A DNA stretch of 64,000 bases from Euglena gracilis (taxonomy: Eukaryota), in contig CP154954.1 of the NCBI GenBank assembly GCA_039621445.1, positions 17,142,589-17,206,588 on the forward strand, read 5' to 3'. The position numbers and the translations under genes are program-made. Within the stretch, counting starts at the first letter, position 1, and each line of letters opens with the position of its first letter. Below, piece by piece: positions 1 to 11,434 of this stretch. The notes beneath the pieces are model-generated. The model was not told the origin of the DNA. It was given only the letters and a program-made list of their open reading frames with translations, and made no database searches.

Positions 1-850
1 ATCTCAAAATCTGGCCTTGCGACTGCCGTACCAATGTCAGCTGTCAGCCGTCGCAATAAATCAGAGCGCTTTGGGGTGTGTTTCAGAACCTGTTGGACGT
101 TTCTACCGTGCAGCTCAATGAGGTTTAACCGCCCGTTCAGTGCGTTTTCAGACATGTGATTCTTTTCTCAGAGACCCCCCGTTGGGCGGACAGTCGCGTA
201 ACCCCGGCCACCAAAACCCCTCTTCTGTGGCCACTTTTAAAGGCCTCAGCCACCGGGTGCTGTGCCTGGGGACAGTGGCTGCCTCCCTGCGTCGTGCTTG
301 CTGGCAGGGGCCTCAAATAGGGGCCACGCAGACGAAGAGCTGAGGGGGCAGCAACGCGCGCACATGCGCACGACACTTGCGTCGTGAAGCATCACGTCTC
401 TGCCTGGGTTTTCAACCGAGGCCACAGGTTCCCTCAACCAGCCCTCAACCTACACGAAGTGTGTATGTCCGCAGGCGGAGGTGTGCGTGCTTCGGTGCTG
501 GGTGTGAGTCCATCTGGATTGGGATTTCCAACGCAGGCGGTGAAGGGCGTGCGTTCCTGTCATCCAGTGTGTGTCCCGCATATTTTCACGGCTGACTCGT
601 GGCCCTGCAGTTAGCGGCGAAGACTCCATGTCACCGTTGGCCCTCTCAGTGTCGTCGCCGTGGTGCTGAGGCACACGCCACACTGTGGGGGTCGGATCGC
701 GCCGAAATTTACCCTCCAATCGGGTGCACGTGCACGTGATTGTGGGTTCAAATCGTGCGAAAGTGTGCGCGAGAAGGGGGGTGTCTCTACGTGCACAGGT
801 GTGCACGATCGTGCTGTGCGACGTGTACAGGTCTTTCTCGGTTGGTGGTT
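1..850. repeat. Dispersed repeat A, copy 1 (runs off the window start)
   Basis: 1-639 is the reverse complement of 62275-62897 (3 mismatches in the first 120 nt). 1-850 also matches, more distantly and inverted, 31960-33440. Confidence 0.9.
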
Positions 851-3169
851 CAAGCACCGCCAGTCCACGGACCGCGAACGGTCCGGGGGTTTCTTTGGTG
901 AAAGGCTAAAGTACCAATTTGGCTGTCTAAGTACAGTCCCGGAAAAAACTGCCCATACACCAGATGGGACATAACTACCCGTACCCCCCCCCCCCCAAAA
1001 TCACACGTGTTAGCCAGGCTCGCTGCAGGAAACCAGGAAGTGAGGCTTCAGGAATTCTGATGGTCCTCCTCGATACAAACATGTAAACAAGTGATAAACA
1101 GCCTCCAGGTTCGTAATACACGTGCACAATAGCTCTGCCAGGAAGGCTTGTTCCATTATTGTTTGCAGGTACACAGACAGGTTCAGGGGGTTCCTCCCCC
1201 CCCTCGCCGGTGGGCTCCGTCCAGATTTGGGTTGTGGAAATCCCACTGGACCACCTGAGGGGTTTGCCGGCAGCCAGAAAGTGGATATTTTCCCCCCAGC
1301 GACCTGCACAAGGCACCGAATTTTATGAAGCCTCAAAACCTGCCAAATAGCCGTTTTGGGCCATTTCTGGGATTTCTTTTGTGGAACAAAGTCAGCCAAA
1401 ATGCACATAAAACACCACGTTTCCACCACGACGCGCAGCGCCAAAGGAATTTTTTTTCCTGTCGGGGGGACCTCCAGACCGTCCCCTGGCTAGTGGCTTT
1501 TTCCAGTGGCTCCTTCCGTTTTGTCGGCCTCGGACTTGTGCTTTTGGGTGTTTGCCGGATCCTAGGGAACAAGGATGGCGGGTTTCGAGGAGGTCTCATC
1601 CGCGTCGCCTGGTCTTTTCAATGCAGTTCTGTTTGTTTTCAAAGGCTGCGTCGTAAAGCCTTTCCGGTCACTGTTGTTTAGAAAGACTCAGGAGCAAGGC
1701 CTGATTGTGAGCCGCAATGGATTGCATCCCTTTGCACAAGTGCACATGAGGTCGGTTTGCGCAAATGTGAACACCATGACGACCTGTGCACCTCAACCAC
1801 GATAGCCAAATTTTGCACAGCACACATCAAACACGATCCCAAACACCACCTGCAATGGCCCGTTTGGGGGGACAACTTCAGCTGCCACACACCTCCATTA
1901 TGGGGTTCTCAGGTGACGGTTCTGGCCCATTGACAGATCTGGGTGCATGTGGAGGCTGTGGCCTTCTTACAGGTGGCCCGCCGCAGCATCTCGCGGTACA
2001 CGTACAACGGCGCAGATTATGGCTGGGCCCCAAAACCCCCCCGCCGCTTGCCCCCTGGCTTGCGTTTTGCTGTCACATTGGGTGATGACAGGTGATGGCG
2101 CTACAAGGCTGTCATTAACCCCCGGTGCACCAGCAGCCATGGAGGTGGCCGTGTTATCCCCCACAACCGGGACAGGTCCGGGAAGCCAAAATACATTGGA
2201 GGCTAGGCGCGCCGCTTGGGGGGGGTCCGGCCCCCCCCCCCCCCCCGCGCGGCCGCCCGCGCGGCCGCTCCCCCCGACCCCCCCTCCCCACTGTGCCCAG
2301 CATACCCAAGAATAAAAAATTTTTGAGCAAAAATGGCCAAAAAATGGCCAAAAATGACCACTTTTTGGACCCGATAATAGGCCGCGCGCCGCCCGCGGCT
2401 GCCCTCGGACGTGGTGGGAAGGACATGCAGCTCCATGGAAACAATGGAAAATTGCGCATCATAAATGTGGCCGCAAAGCTCAGTGTTTTGGAGACAGAGA
2501 ATACTTAATTTTTTCAAATGGATAGGTAGTGTGAAAGTTCTGGAACTCGACGTACAGATACTATGCACCAAACCTGGTGTTTTCCCTGTTTTCTGAGGGG
2601 AAAATGAGGCATCATTGTGCTGAAAATGGAAAAACGATCCCGGTCGAAATAACAGGTAGATTACACATGCGCATTTTTGAAATTCTGGAACTCGTTGCTT
2701 TTTGCAGAAAAGTATCCCAAAGTCACAGGGGGGGGGGTTACATTTCATCAGTTCCTCCTGCGCACCTTCCAAACCAATGGGCGAACACGATGGGCATTCG
2801 GATTGGAGATAAGGCAAACAAACCTGCAGATGGAGCGAAGACAAATTTTGTCCTGTCGTAGAGCTTGTTCGACTGAACAGTCCGCATTTCCTGAAAACAG
2901 AATTTCTTCACCATGCACAATGGTCGGTGTGCGCAAGTGCGTACGCCAAGTGTTAAGGACGAAGAGACGTCCAAATTCAAAGGTAAAAAAGGTACATTTA
3001 CCACCGTTCTTTGTTGTCATTGGAAATGGCACCCTTTCAAAAACCTTGCCCCAACCTTTATTAGACAATGATTATGGTATGACAGAACCTTTTCAGAACA
3101 CTTCCACTTTTAACGCGCTGAAATGTGTGCATATGTCAAATGGAGCCTTCGTGTGACACAAATATGTAA

Positions 3170-3412
3170 AATGATGGTCGATTTGTGCATTCACACACAC
3201 ACCGACCATTTGTGTACTTGTGTGAGTGGTTGGTGTGCATATTGCGCACATCGACCACTTGTATTTTTGTGAGTAGTCGATGTGCACATTTGTGCACACC
3301 AACTACTCACACAAAAATGAAAGTGGTCTATGTGCGCATTTTCGAACATCGACAAATAACACAAATAAGGTGTGCGCAAATGCGCAAATGGCCTGTGTGT
3401 GCAAATGCGCAC
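3170..3412. repeat. Cluster of degenerate TGTGCA/TGCGCA-core repeats
   Basis: Repeated ATTTGTGCA, GCGCAAATGCGCAAAT and CACATCGACC motifs. 3325-3357 matches 43624-43657 inverted. Confidence 0.6.
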
Positions 3413-3545
3413 ACTGACTCTGTCTGACGCTAGGGAAATATACTCCAAATTATTCGTATTACCACAAGAAACATAAAACTTGCCTTTTTGGTTTTAGAAA
3501 AATGGTGCAATCGCTTGCAACAAAGCTGGGATACAACGCGGCAAG

Positions 3546-3592
3546 TAACCCCCCCCCCAAATATAAAGCCCCCCGGCTTTATATTTGGATGG
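3546..3592 (+). mobile_element. Terminus of a TA-inserting MITE family
   Basis: TA-ACCCCCCCCCCAAATATAAAGCCCCCC. The same start occurs near 55898, and a related TIR occurs at 52976. Confidence 0.55.
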
Positions 3593-3602
3593 GATTTCAA
3601 GA

Positions 3603-5009
3603 CCTTTCCAGTCTTGTCTGCTGCCCCTTCCTCCGCCGGGTCAGCCCAACGGCTCCTGCTGAGGCTTAGGCTCAGGCTGTCTGCCGGGCTGCCCCGCCCC
3701 AGAGTTTGCTGCACCGACTGGTTCCTTCACATCAGGAGATGGAGGTGGCTGATCGATGTTTTGGTTGGTGTGACTGATTCAATTCCCAGACTGGGACCCC
3801 TCCCATGGGTGTTTTTTTTTTGGTCCATGGCTGTTCACCCCACTAGATTGGTTCATACTGATGCGTGACACAAGCCGCGCATTTTTTTATGCCACAAATG
3901 CGGAGTTCCTCTGGGCTGTCACTCAGACCCAAAGCCCAAGGTTCAAGGGAAATATTTAAGAGGTTCATTGTAAGGATAGGGATGCTTCATGTGGATTCAA
4001 AATGGATTCACAATTGGACTTGTGCTTTTTGTGCACAAGAGTGGGCCTCATGCTGAGGGGCCTGGGCATGGGTCGAGCCAGAAGTACCAGTACGTATTTT
4101 AAAAAATTGGCCGAAGCTTTTGGGCGGTTGGGGTTTCGAAAATTTTCTTTATGAGACAGACCTGAAAAACAATGACCCCAAAAGATTATTTTGAAGAAAA
4201 AAAGTCGAAATGATGAAAAGTCGGGGTTTGAGTACCTTTTCGATTAATCTTTTTCACCCCCCCCAGATGGGTCCGTCCAGTCACCAGTGCAAAGGTGCAA
4301 ACCCTTCTGGAGTCCCTAAAGGGACCTGTTCTGGGCAGATTTCTGAGGTAGGTACGACCCCTGGGGGTTTTGCCTGCCTGGAAACACAGCCAGAACCCCA
4401 ATACCCCCTTCTCCTCCACGGGGTTGGTTGAATTCTGCCTCCTGGCAACGATGTGCGGCACACGAAGCAATAATGCACTGCCGCACTTTTCTTGTCCAGC
4501 TTTGTGGCTTCTGATAGCAAAAAGCCAGCACACGAGACGCCGCATCCAGGGGTTTCTTTTTGGTCGTGGACCCCGGGGGGGATAGGGTGGGTGGGTCCGG
4601 CCGAACCCCCTCCCCGGGGTCCCCCAGGGGGGGGGGGAGGATATACACTTTTCGGTGCCGAAGTACCGAAATTTTTGAAAAAGGCGCTATTTTTGGCATT
4701 TTTCGCTATTTTTTGGCCATTTTCGGGGAAGATTGAGTGGGTCCCCCCCAGGGTGGGTGGGTGGGGGTACCCCCCCTCCCCCGGTCTTAAAAAAAACCCC
4801 TAGCCACATCCATCCAGTGGCTTCCGGGTTCTTTGGCCAGTGCACATTGCCAGCACCCCTGTGCCAAACCCCCCTCCCCAACACCCTTCTCAAACAGCTT
4901 CCTGCCCAATTCTCTCAGTGCATCCTCTGCAGCCGAAGCCCAGTGGCCCCTGGTTCGGTTCAAGCGGCGCGGGGTTCTTGCCTTGCGGGCACTTCGCAGC
5001 CCTCTGACC
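3603..5009. repeat. Duplicated block B, left copy
   Basis: Reverse complement of 52734-54568 apart from a 413-bp insertion in the right copy. Confidence 0.95.
4547..4802. mobile_element. hAT-like MITE
   Basis: Ends CAGGGGTTT...AAACCCCTA. Flanks GCCGCATC/GCCACATC are an 8-bp TSD with 1 mismatch. Related to the element at 32830-33105. Confidence 0.85.
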
Positions 5010-5074
5010 CCCTTCGGCCGACCAACCAAACCGGATCCTATAAACCCCAGGGGGTTTATAAGTGGGGGGGTTTA
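5010..5074 (-). mobile_element. Terminus of a TA-inserting MITE family
   Basis: Ends ...TATAAACCCCAGGGGGTTTATAAGTGGGGGGGTT-TA, an inverted relative of the 3546 terminus. Confidence 0.5.
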
Positions 5075-6990
5075 AGATGCAGCCCTCCAACCCTCCAAAC
5101 GATGCTGGACCAGCCTTCCCAGGAGTGGCCACGAACCCCACAGGACAGTCGGGTCTGGCCCTGCGAACATACCAGCCAGTTGCATTGCAAACAGCGCGCA
5201 GGGAAACGCAGCTGCCATTTGAACTGCTCGCAAACAATTAACATACACGCAGGGGCTAGAGTCACCGTCTGGTGGGACGGTGACGACCCAACAACGATGG
5301 AATGGCCCGGAGGCTTGCATACACGTTGATCAGTCATCATTCATCAGTCATCCTTTTATGAGAAGCCTTACCTCCACGTCCTTTTGATACGAGTGTGAGA
5401 ACACACCCAATCGACACAGCACACTGCAAAGATCAGGTTGCAGATAGAAATGCAATGGAAATGCACAGCTGAGCAACATCTGCGTGAATTCATTTTGAAG
5501 AACCAATAGAAAATGAGAAAAGAAATTGGGTGATCTCAGGCCATTTTCTTTTACCTTGACCAAGTTCTTGCCTCCGCAGCCAGCGTTGCCAGGGGTTACC
5601 AGCATGTGTTGTTTGAAGCTGGAACTAAAAGACACCCACTCCAGCGTTGACCTCCTCTCCAACTTTCCCGGGCTGTGTTTTGAGTGGCAAAGCAAAAAGG
5701 TTCACAAACTGAAAAACTCTTACTTAAAAACTTTTACTCTCACACAACTATTTTTAGATTTGCCAGAGCCCTGTGGCAGAGCTTGCTGGGGTCTTCTGTG
5801 TGGGGCAGGGCTGTGCTGGTGTGCACACATCACAGCCCATGGGCTAACGTAGGCTTTGGGGCTTGGGGGTGAGCCTACCCACAAAACTTGAGGGTGAATA
5901 AAAACTTTCTGGTGCACTGTGTGTAAATTCAATTTAATCCAAAACTCTCACCTGCTCATTGATCCCAACTGTTTGAAAATGAGAGTTTGGGCCCGGCTGA
6001 GTTCAACGGCTTTTGGGGGAGTGAATGTGACAGAAAAAAATGGTAAAACAAGAACAATCAAAACCCCAAACGAAACCCAAGTTCAGCATTATAAATTGGG
6101 GCAGGTTCAGGCATACAAAAAGGTCAAAAAAAACATGCTTTTTTTGATTTTTGTTTTGCCAAAAGCTTCAAAAGGGACAAAAATGACGAAAACTGCGTCA
6201 TTTTTCCAAGCAGAAATTAATTAAAAGGCAGAAAAAAAGAGCTCAAAAACAACAAAACTTGCCAAAAGTTAAAAATAAAAACAGCAACAAAAGAAAGTGT
6301 TGATGTTACCACATGCAGAATATGTAAATGAACACAAATGAAATTTTTTTTCGTAAACAGACATTTATTTTTGTGGTTCACAATCCTTTGTCAACCACAC
6401 GGAAACTGATCGAACAGAAGCCCAGGGGAGGGGGGTGTTCAGAGAACATAAGAATAATGTCGGCAAATGGAAATCCCACCCTGCTGGAAAGGTGTGTCGT
6501 AAATGAGACATATACCAACCAGGGTGCTTCTTTAACGCACCCCCCCCCCCTGTGTGCACTGTGGCTGGGTTTCTTTCTTGGTGCCTTTTATCCTTTCTTC
6601 TGGCCTGGCGCTGTTTTTCGCCTCTGGCCCATTCTGTTTGTGTACGTGGAGGTGGCCAGAGCCTGGCGGGACTTACCTTGTTCTACACCTTTTCGCCTCA
6701 GTGCTGCTCTGGCCTCTTGCCCTCTTCCCACTTTTCTGTGTGGGGGATGCATGGCGCAGACACAACGCCATGACTTGCAACGTTCCGGTGTGGCCCGTCC
6801 ACGGTCCTGCGGCTTCGGTAAACCCGGGTTTCCAAGTCTCGGCCTTTAGTGCAGGTGGCGGGTGGGTAGTGTGCTGCTGGGTACCAGTGGTTCCCTTACA
6901 TACTGGTACCTGCGCTCCGTGCCCTGTCTGGGGTTGGTTTGGGCGGTCCGCTGCCTCGTGTGGGCCCCTCCTTCCCTGCTGGCTTCCACC

Positions 6991-7223
6991 TTTGGGGCAC
7001 CCCACCCTGGGGGGGGGTACACTATGGGTCAAGTTTCTGCCAGGCCGAAGGCCAGGCAGAAACAAAAGTTGAGCGTTTTTGGCCGATTTTGGCTGGAGTT
7101 TGTGTGGGTGGGTAGGTTGACCCTGGGGGGTGAGGGGTTGTGGGCGGGTGCGGGTGGGGTTTCGAAAAAACTGGGTGAGTGGGTTTGGGCCGGGGAAAAA
7201 GTGTCCCCCCCCAGGGGCTACCA
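6991..7223. mobile_element. Probable MITE
   Basis: Imperfect inverted ends (CCCTGGGGGGGG.ACACT / AGTGTCCCCCCCAGGG) and an internal GAA hairpin at 7033-7063. No clean TSD. Confidence 0.4.
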
Positions 7224-7699
7224 AGTGAATTTATGGGCTGGATGGTAACGGTTTCAGAGGCACAAAAATGGCCAAAAAAATTGGTCAAAAATGAAAAATG
7301 GATGAAAATGGGTCAGAAAAAGGCTGGCCAGGGCAAATTTGGGGTCAAAAATTGATCATTTGCATAATTCGCAGGTTTTTTGGTCATTTTTTGTGGTTTC
7401 TACTTTGGCACCCGGTTTGACCACAGGTCGGGCGCGGTGACACGGTGTGGCAGGTGAAGAAGAGGCAACCGCCTAAGCAACCCGCCCATTTTTGAAGCTC
7501 TCGTGAGTTCCGAGGTCCAGTGATGGGGAAGGTGAACAGACAGCACTGCCCAAAAGATGCTATAATTTCTGGAAGGGACGTGTTAGGTGGTAAACCGCGC
7601 AAAATTGGGTTTTGTGATGAAGAGATGCTACTCTTACGGAGGGGGCTGGCCTGGGAAGAAAGGTAAAAGTGAGGTTAGGCGGTTTACCGCCTAAAGCAG

Positions 7700-9230
7700 T
7701 GACAATTCCGTAACGAGGTGTGTGCTGTGTGTGCTTGCCCCGGGTGTCCTGATTGGTGTACAAGCTCCCCAGCATGCCCCTGCTCCTGGGCTGTGCACCA
7801 CGATGTATCATTTGGCAGCGCGGGCTGACAGTTGGACCAGGAAGGCACGGGAGGGAGGGGGGCGTGGTTGCCTGTGCTGTTATCCGGAACAGGGGGGGTT
7901 GGGAAAGGCTTCAACACCATTCTGGCCGTCACAAGCTCAAGAACGTTGAGAAACTTGTGGCCAAGGTGAACTGAAATGGGATGCGGTTTGAGTGCGTGGT
8001 GCCTTAATTTGTCAGCGCACAAGTTCCTGCTGACGACGCAGCTGTGCCACGCAAATCTGAACATTTTTTTCCCACCTGTCAACCTCTGCGGAGAGTTGCT
8101 TAAAAATTTTGTTTGCGGCGGTGCGGAAACAGAACAAAACTTTTTTTGGGAAGTTTTTGTAAGACCCTTTTCAGGCGGATCTCCGTGCACATCAATGCAT
8201 GAAACGTTAGAAAGCTTCATGCACAGCTGACCAGAATGAGTGGGCGTGTTGGATTTTCATTTTGTGTGGTGGATGGTGCTGTGTCGGGGTGGGGTGTCAC
8301 ACACGGCAAATGACTGATATGGGTGAGTTGGAGATCTTTAGGCGGAAACCCGCGCAGAAGGGTTTGGAAATGAGAAGCGTTCTAGTTTGTGGATGACATA
8401 TGGGAGCAGCAAGTGGGAACGCGCTGAAACCTCCAGAAGTGGGTCATCACGTGAAGTTGTTAATGAACAAATTTGGGGGAGAGGGAGGTGATTTTGAGAC
8501 TTTGGTGAATGGTAGCAGTGGGCGGTTATCCGCCTACTTCGTTTTTATTTTGCGCGGGTTTCCGCCCAGATGAGGTTTGGGCGGAAACCTGCGTGGAGCT
8601 TGTTGCTGTCGTGATGGGTTGTGTCTGTGATGTTTTGGTGTCCCGAAGTGTCTGCGTCGGTGGTCGGTGTCGGCAGCACAATGTTTGAAAGTTGGGCGGG
8701 ACAAGTTGAAAGGAAGCTGTGGCTGCTGCGGCGGGACAGCAAGCACCCAAGCAGGCGGAAACCCGCCTGGCATTTGAGCAGGAGGTGGACACCCTCCTCT
8801 CCAATGAGGAGGCGGTAATGTTCCCCCTGTCTAGCGGTGAAGGTGTCGTGTGCAGGGAGAGCAGTGGAACGCATGTGTCAGTTGCCAGGCCAGGTGAGCT
8901 GCGGTGGAGGTGATATTTTGTTACTGTCCCCCAAAAACAGCCAAAATGTTGAGGTTGATTTCTCAGGAGGAACAAAAGCCCCTCCCAGGGCCCTCCACTT
9001 GGAACCCAACGGCGTTTGTGGTCCAAAATCATGGTTTGTGGAAGGCTGACGAAGAAGTGATTCAAGATATGGACGGAGAAACGCTTATTTCAGCAGCTGG
9101 TGGCAGCAATCAAAATTTTTTGTGGGTTTTTTTTGGAAGGAGTCCTCGAAGTTCTGAAAAATTCAAGGCCATTGTAATTGTTTTTTGAAGGAGCTTTACA
9201 ACATTTTTCCTTTGAAAAGCTGCAGTTTTT
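7700..9230 (+). pseudogene. Decayed intron-containing gene of unknown family, possibly with a SAM-like segment
   Basis: Short GT..CAG segments at 8159-8226, 8323-8357, 8512-8569 and 8894-8940. Removing 8894-8940 joins ORF 8719 in frame to ORF 8904 (..VSVARP-A-KMLRLISQEEQ..). Stops and frameshifts occur elsewhere. Confidence 0.4.
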
Positions 9231-11129
9231 GCTGAATTTCAGGCAAAATGCCCAAAGCACCTCTTTTTTTCTGGCTCTTCCTCCTTCGGGTCCGGCAACG
9301 TGCCTCCGGAGGAGGCAACCGTGGTCTCCACAGTTAGAAACCACGTGGAAGGGGGGTAAACCAGAAGGTTGTCGTTCTCAACCAACGCCGGGTCGATGTT
9401 TGACGCGGTGCATTTGGCTTCCATCCATGAAATCAGCCTCAGCACAAGTGTGTCCGGTCCTTTTGGAAACCACCCCTGCTCTGAGTGCCCAAGTTTAAGG
9501 GCTGGCCGTCTCTCCTCGTTTGGTCAAACCCTGCTGCTCCCTGGTTCCATACACCTCCACCCCTCAAACTCACCACAACATGCCAGACACCATTCAGTTG
9601 CAAACTGCCTGGCAACAACGTCTGTCGTCCGTGTACTCCGCAAAGTTTCACGCCTGTGACTGGCAATACTTTGCAAACAAACCAGCAGAGTTCATTTCTA
9701 GGGCGGTTTCCATCTTCCACCCCCACCCCATCGTCCACAAATGCCTTGCTTTTTCTTCCCACCCACCCTTAACCCGGCCAGGCGGTTTCCCGCCTGACTT
9801 CTCTGACCTCACAGCTGGTATGCCCCCCCCCTCCATCTCATATGTTTTGTCTGTGCAAACCCCGTTTCCATCCGAACTCGTAAAAGGAGACCAGGCCTCA
9901 GTGCTCAAGTGTGACAAGTCAGCCGTTGGCCTCCTGAGCGGGCACTCTGTATTTTGTTTTAAGCGGATAACCACCCACGTCGTCTCTTGGTCCCCACACA
10001 ACCCATGTCAACTCCTCAATGGTGTTTTGAAATTATTGTGGAAATGGTCAGGCGGTTAACTGCCTAAAACAAAATTGTTGTTGGGGGGAAAGATTTTGTG
10101 GGTTTTGGCTCATACCGGATGCTGCGAGTGCAGAGTTTCATAAGTCAGTCACTTCTTCTCTTTTTTGTTTTTGGGTCGTTTTGGACAGGAACCTTTTTCT
10201 ATCCAAGTGTGTTGGGGAGGGCAGGATATCGTCAGGTGGCACCTGCCCACGTCGTCAGGGAGTTCCCCAGCTACCATTGGCCGTGATGTTACTGTCCCCC
10301 ATTCCAGAGACCCCAGCAGACCCCAGCACCTGGCCTATGCCAGTCTCACGGGGGGGGGGGTGAGATCAACACCACCAGGACACCACCATTGTTTCTTCTT
10401 TACTCCCAGACGGATTCCCGCCTACACCAGTTCGCCATACACTCCCCACTTATACATATACAGCAGGCGGATTCCCTCCTACCAGTCATCAACTGTTTGT
10501 GTTATGTTAGGCGGTAATCCGTGTACCATGCTTTGTTTTCTCGTTTAGGCGGTAATATACGCGTACAAGTTTATTCTGCACGGATATCCGCCTAAACGTT
10601 TAACTCCGTCGTCTGACACCTCTTGTTTCAATATACACGGTTATCCGCGTACGCTTGCAATATTCATTTGTTTCTCAAATACCGTTATTAACATAAACCA
10701 CTGACACACAGCCCCTTGTCACACCCATTCAAAGTCGGTGTTTTCCCAGCCATTTCAAACATTTCTAGTGCACCCCCAAAACTCACTCAGTTCACACACA
10801 ATCGCAAATCGTTTAAGCGGATTACCGCGCAAAACCACTTCCAGAAAATTTTGGCCCAAAGCTGCAACACACCCCTCTCAACCCAGAATTTTGTGCCCTT
10901 TTAGGGGGTTTTCAAAACAGCCAAAAAACGTCAAAAAAACGCAAAATTTGGTTGGGCAATTCGTGCCGCCAAAGATAAACATGTCCTTCAAGGATTGGGC
11001 TTTGGCACCCATGAACTGACGCCATTGATAAACGGCGTGACGGAGCAGCTGTGCGCAAGCAAGTGCGCAGACCAACGGGCCCTCCAGTTGGTGGGTTTGT
11101 CACGCTGTTTGTCGACGGCACAAGCTTAT

Positions 11130-11434
11130 GGGCGCAAATGCGCGCACAAACAAAATTATGTTTATGCGCGCATTTGCGAAAATGCGCAAACAAACATGTT
11201 CTTTGTTTATTTGCGCAAATGCGCAAATAAACACAAAGAAGGACGGTGTGACGGAAACACAACCGTCAAACACCAGCAGCAGATGTGGTTCATTTGCGCA
11301 TTTGCGCGCATCACGTTGTTTGTGGGCGCAAGTGCGCAAATAAACTGCATAAAGAAACTGCACAATTGACATCTGGTGTATTGCGCATTTGCACCCAAAA
11401 CAACGTGATGCGCGCAAATGCGCAAATGAACAAC
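11130..11434. repeat. TTTGCGCA(AA/TT) palindromic repeat cluster
   Basis: Many copies of ATTTGCGCA / TGCGCAAAT in both orientations. Mirrored at 46158-46460. Confidence 0.85.

Larger units (their letters stand above)
7436..11434. repeat. Duplicated block C, left copy (about 4 kb)
   Basis: Reverse complement of 46158-50759 apart from a 546-bp insertion in the right copy. Parallel ORFs in the ORF track are near-identical. Confidence 0.95.

Noticed and set aside
1184-1488. CAGGGG...CCCCTG candidate MITE
   Set aside because: No TSD and no TIR similarity beyond 6 bp, so the boundaries cannot be supported.
7583-10832. CRISPR interpretation of the palindromic motif array
   Set aside because: Spacing is irregular (about 27-1000 bp), repeats are degenerate with a variable centre, there are no cas genes, and the context is eukaryote-like.
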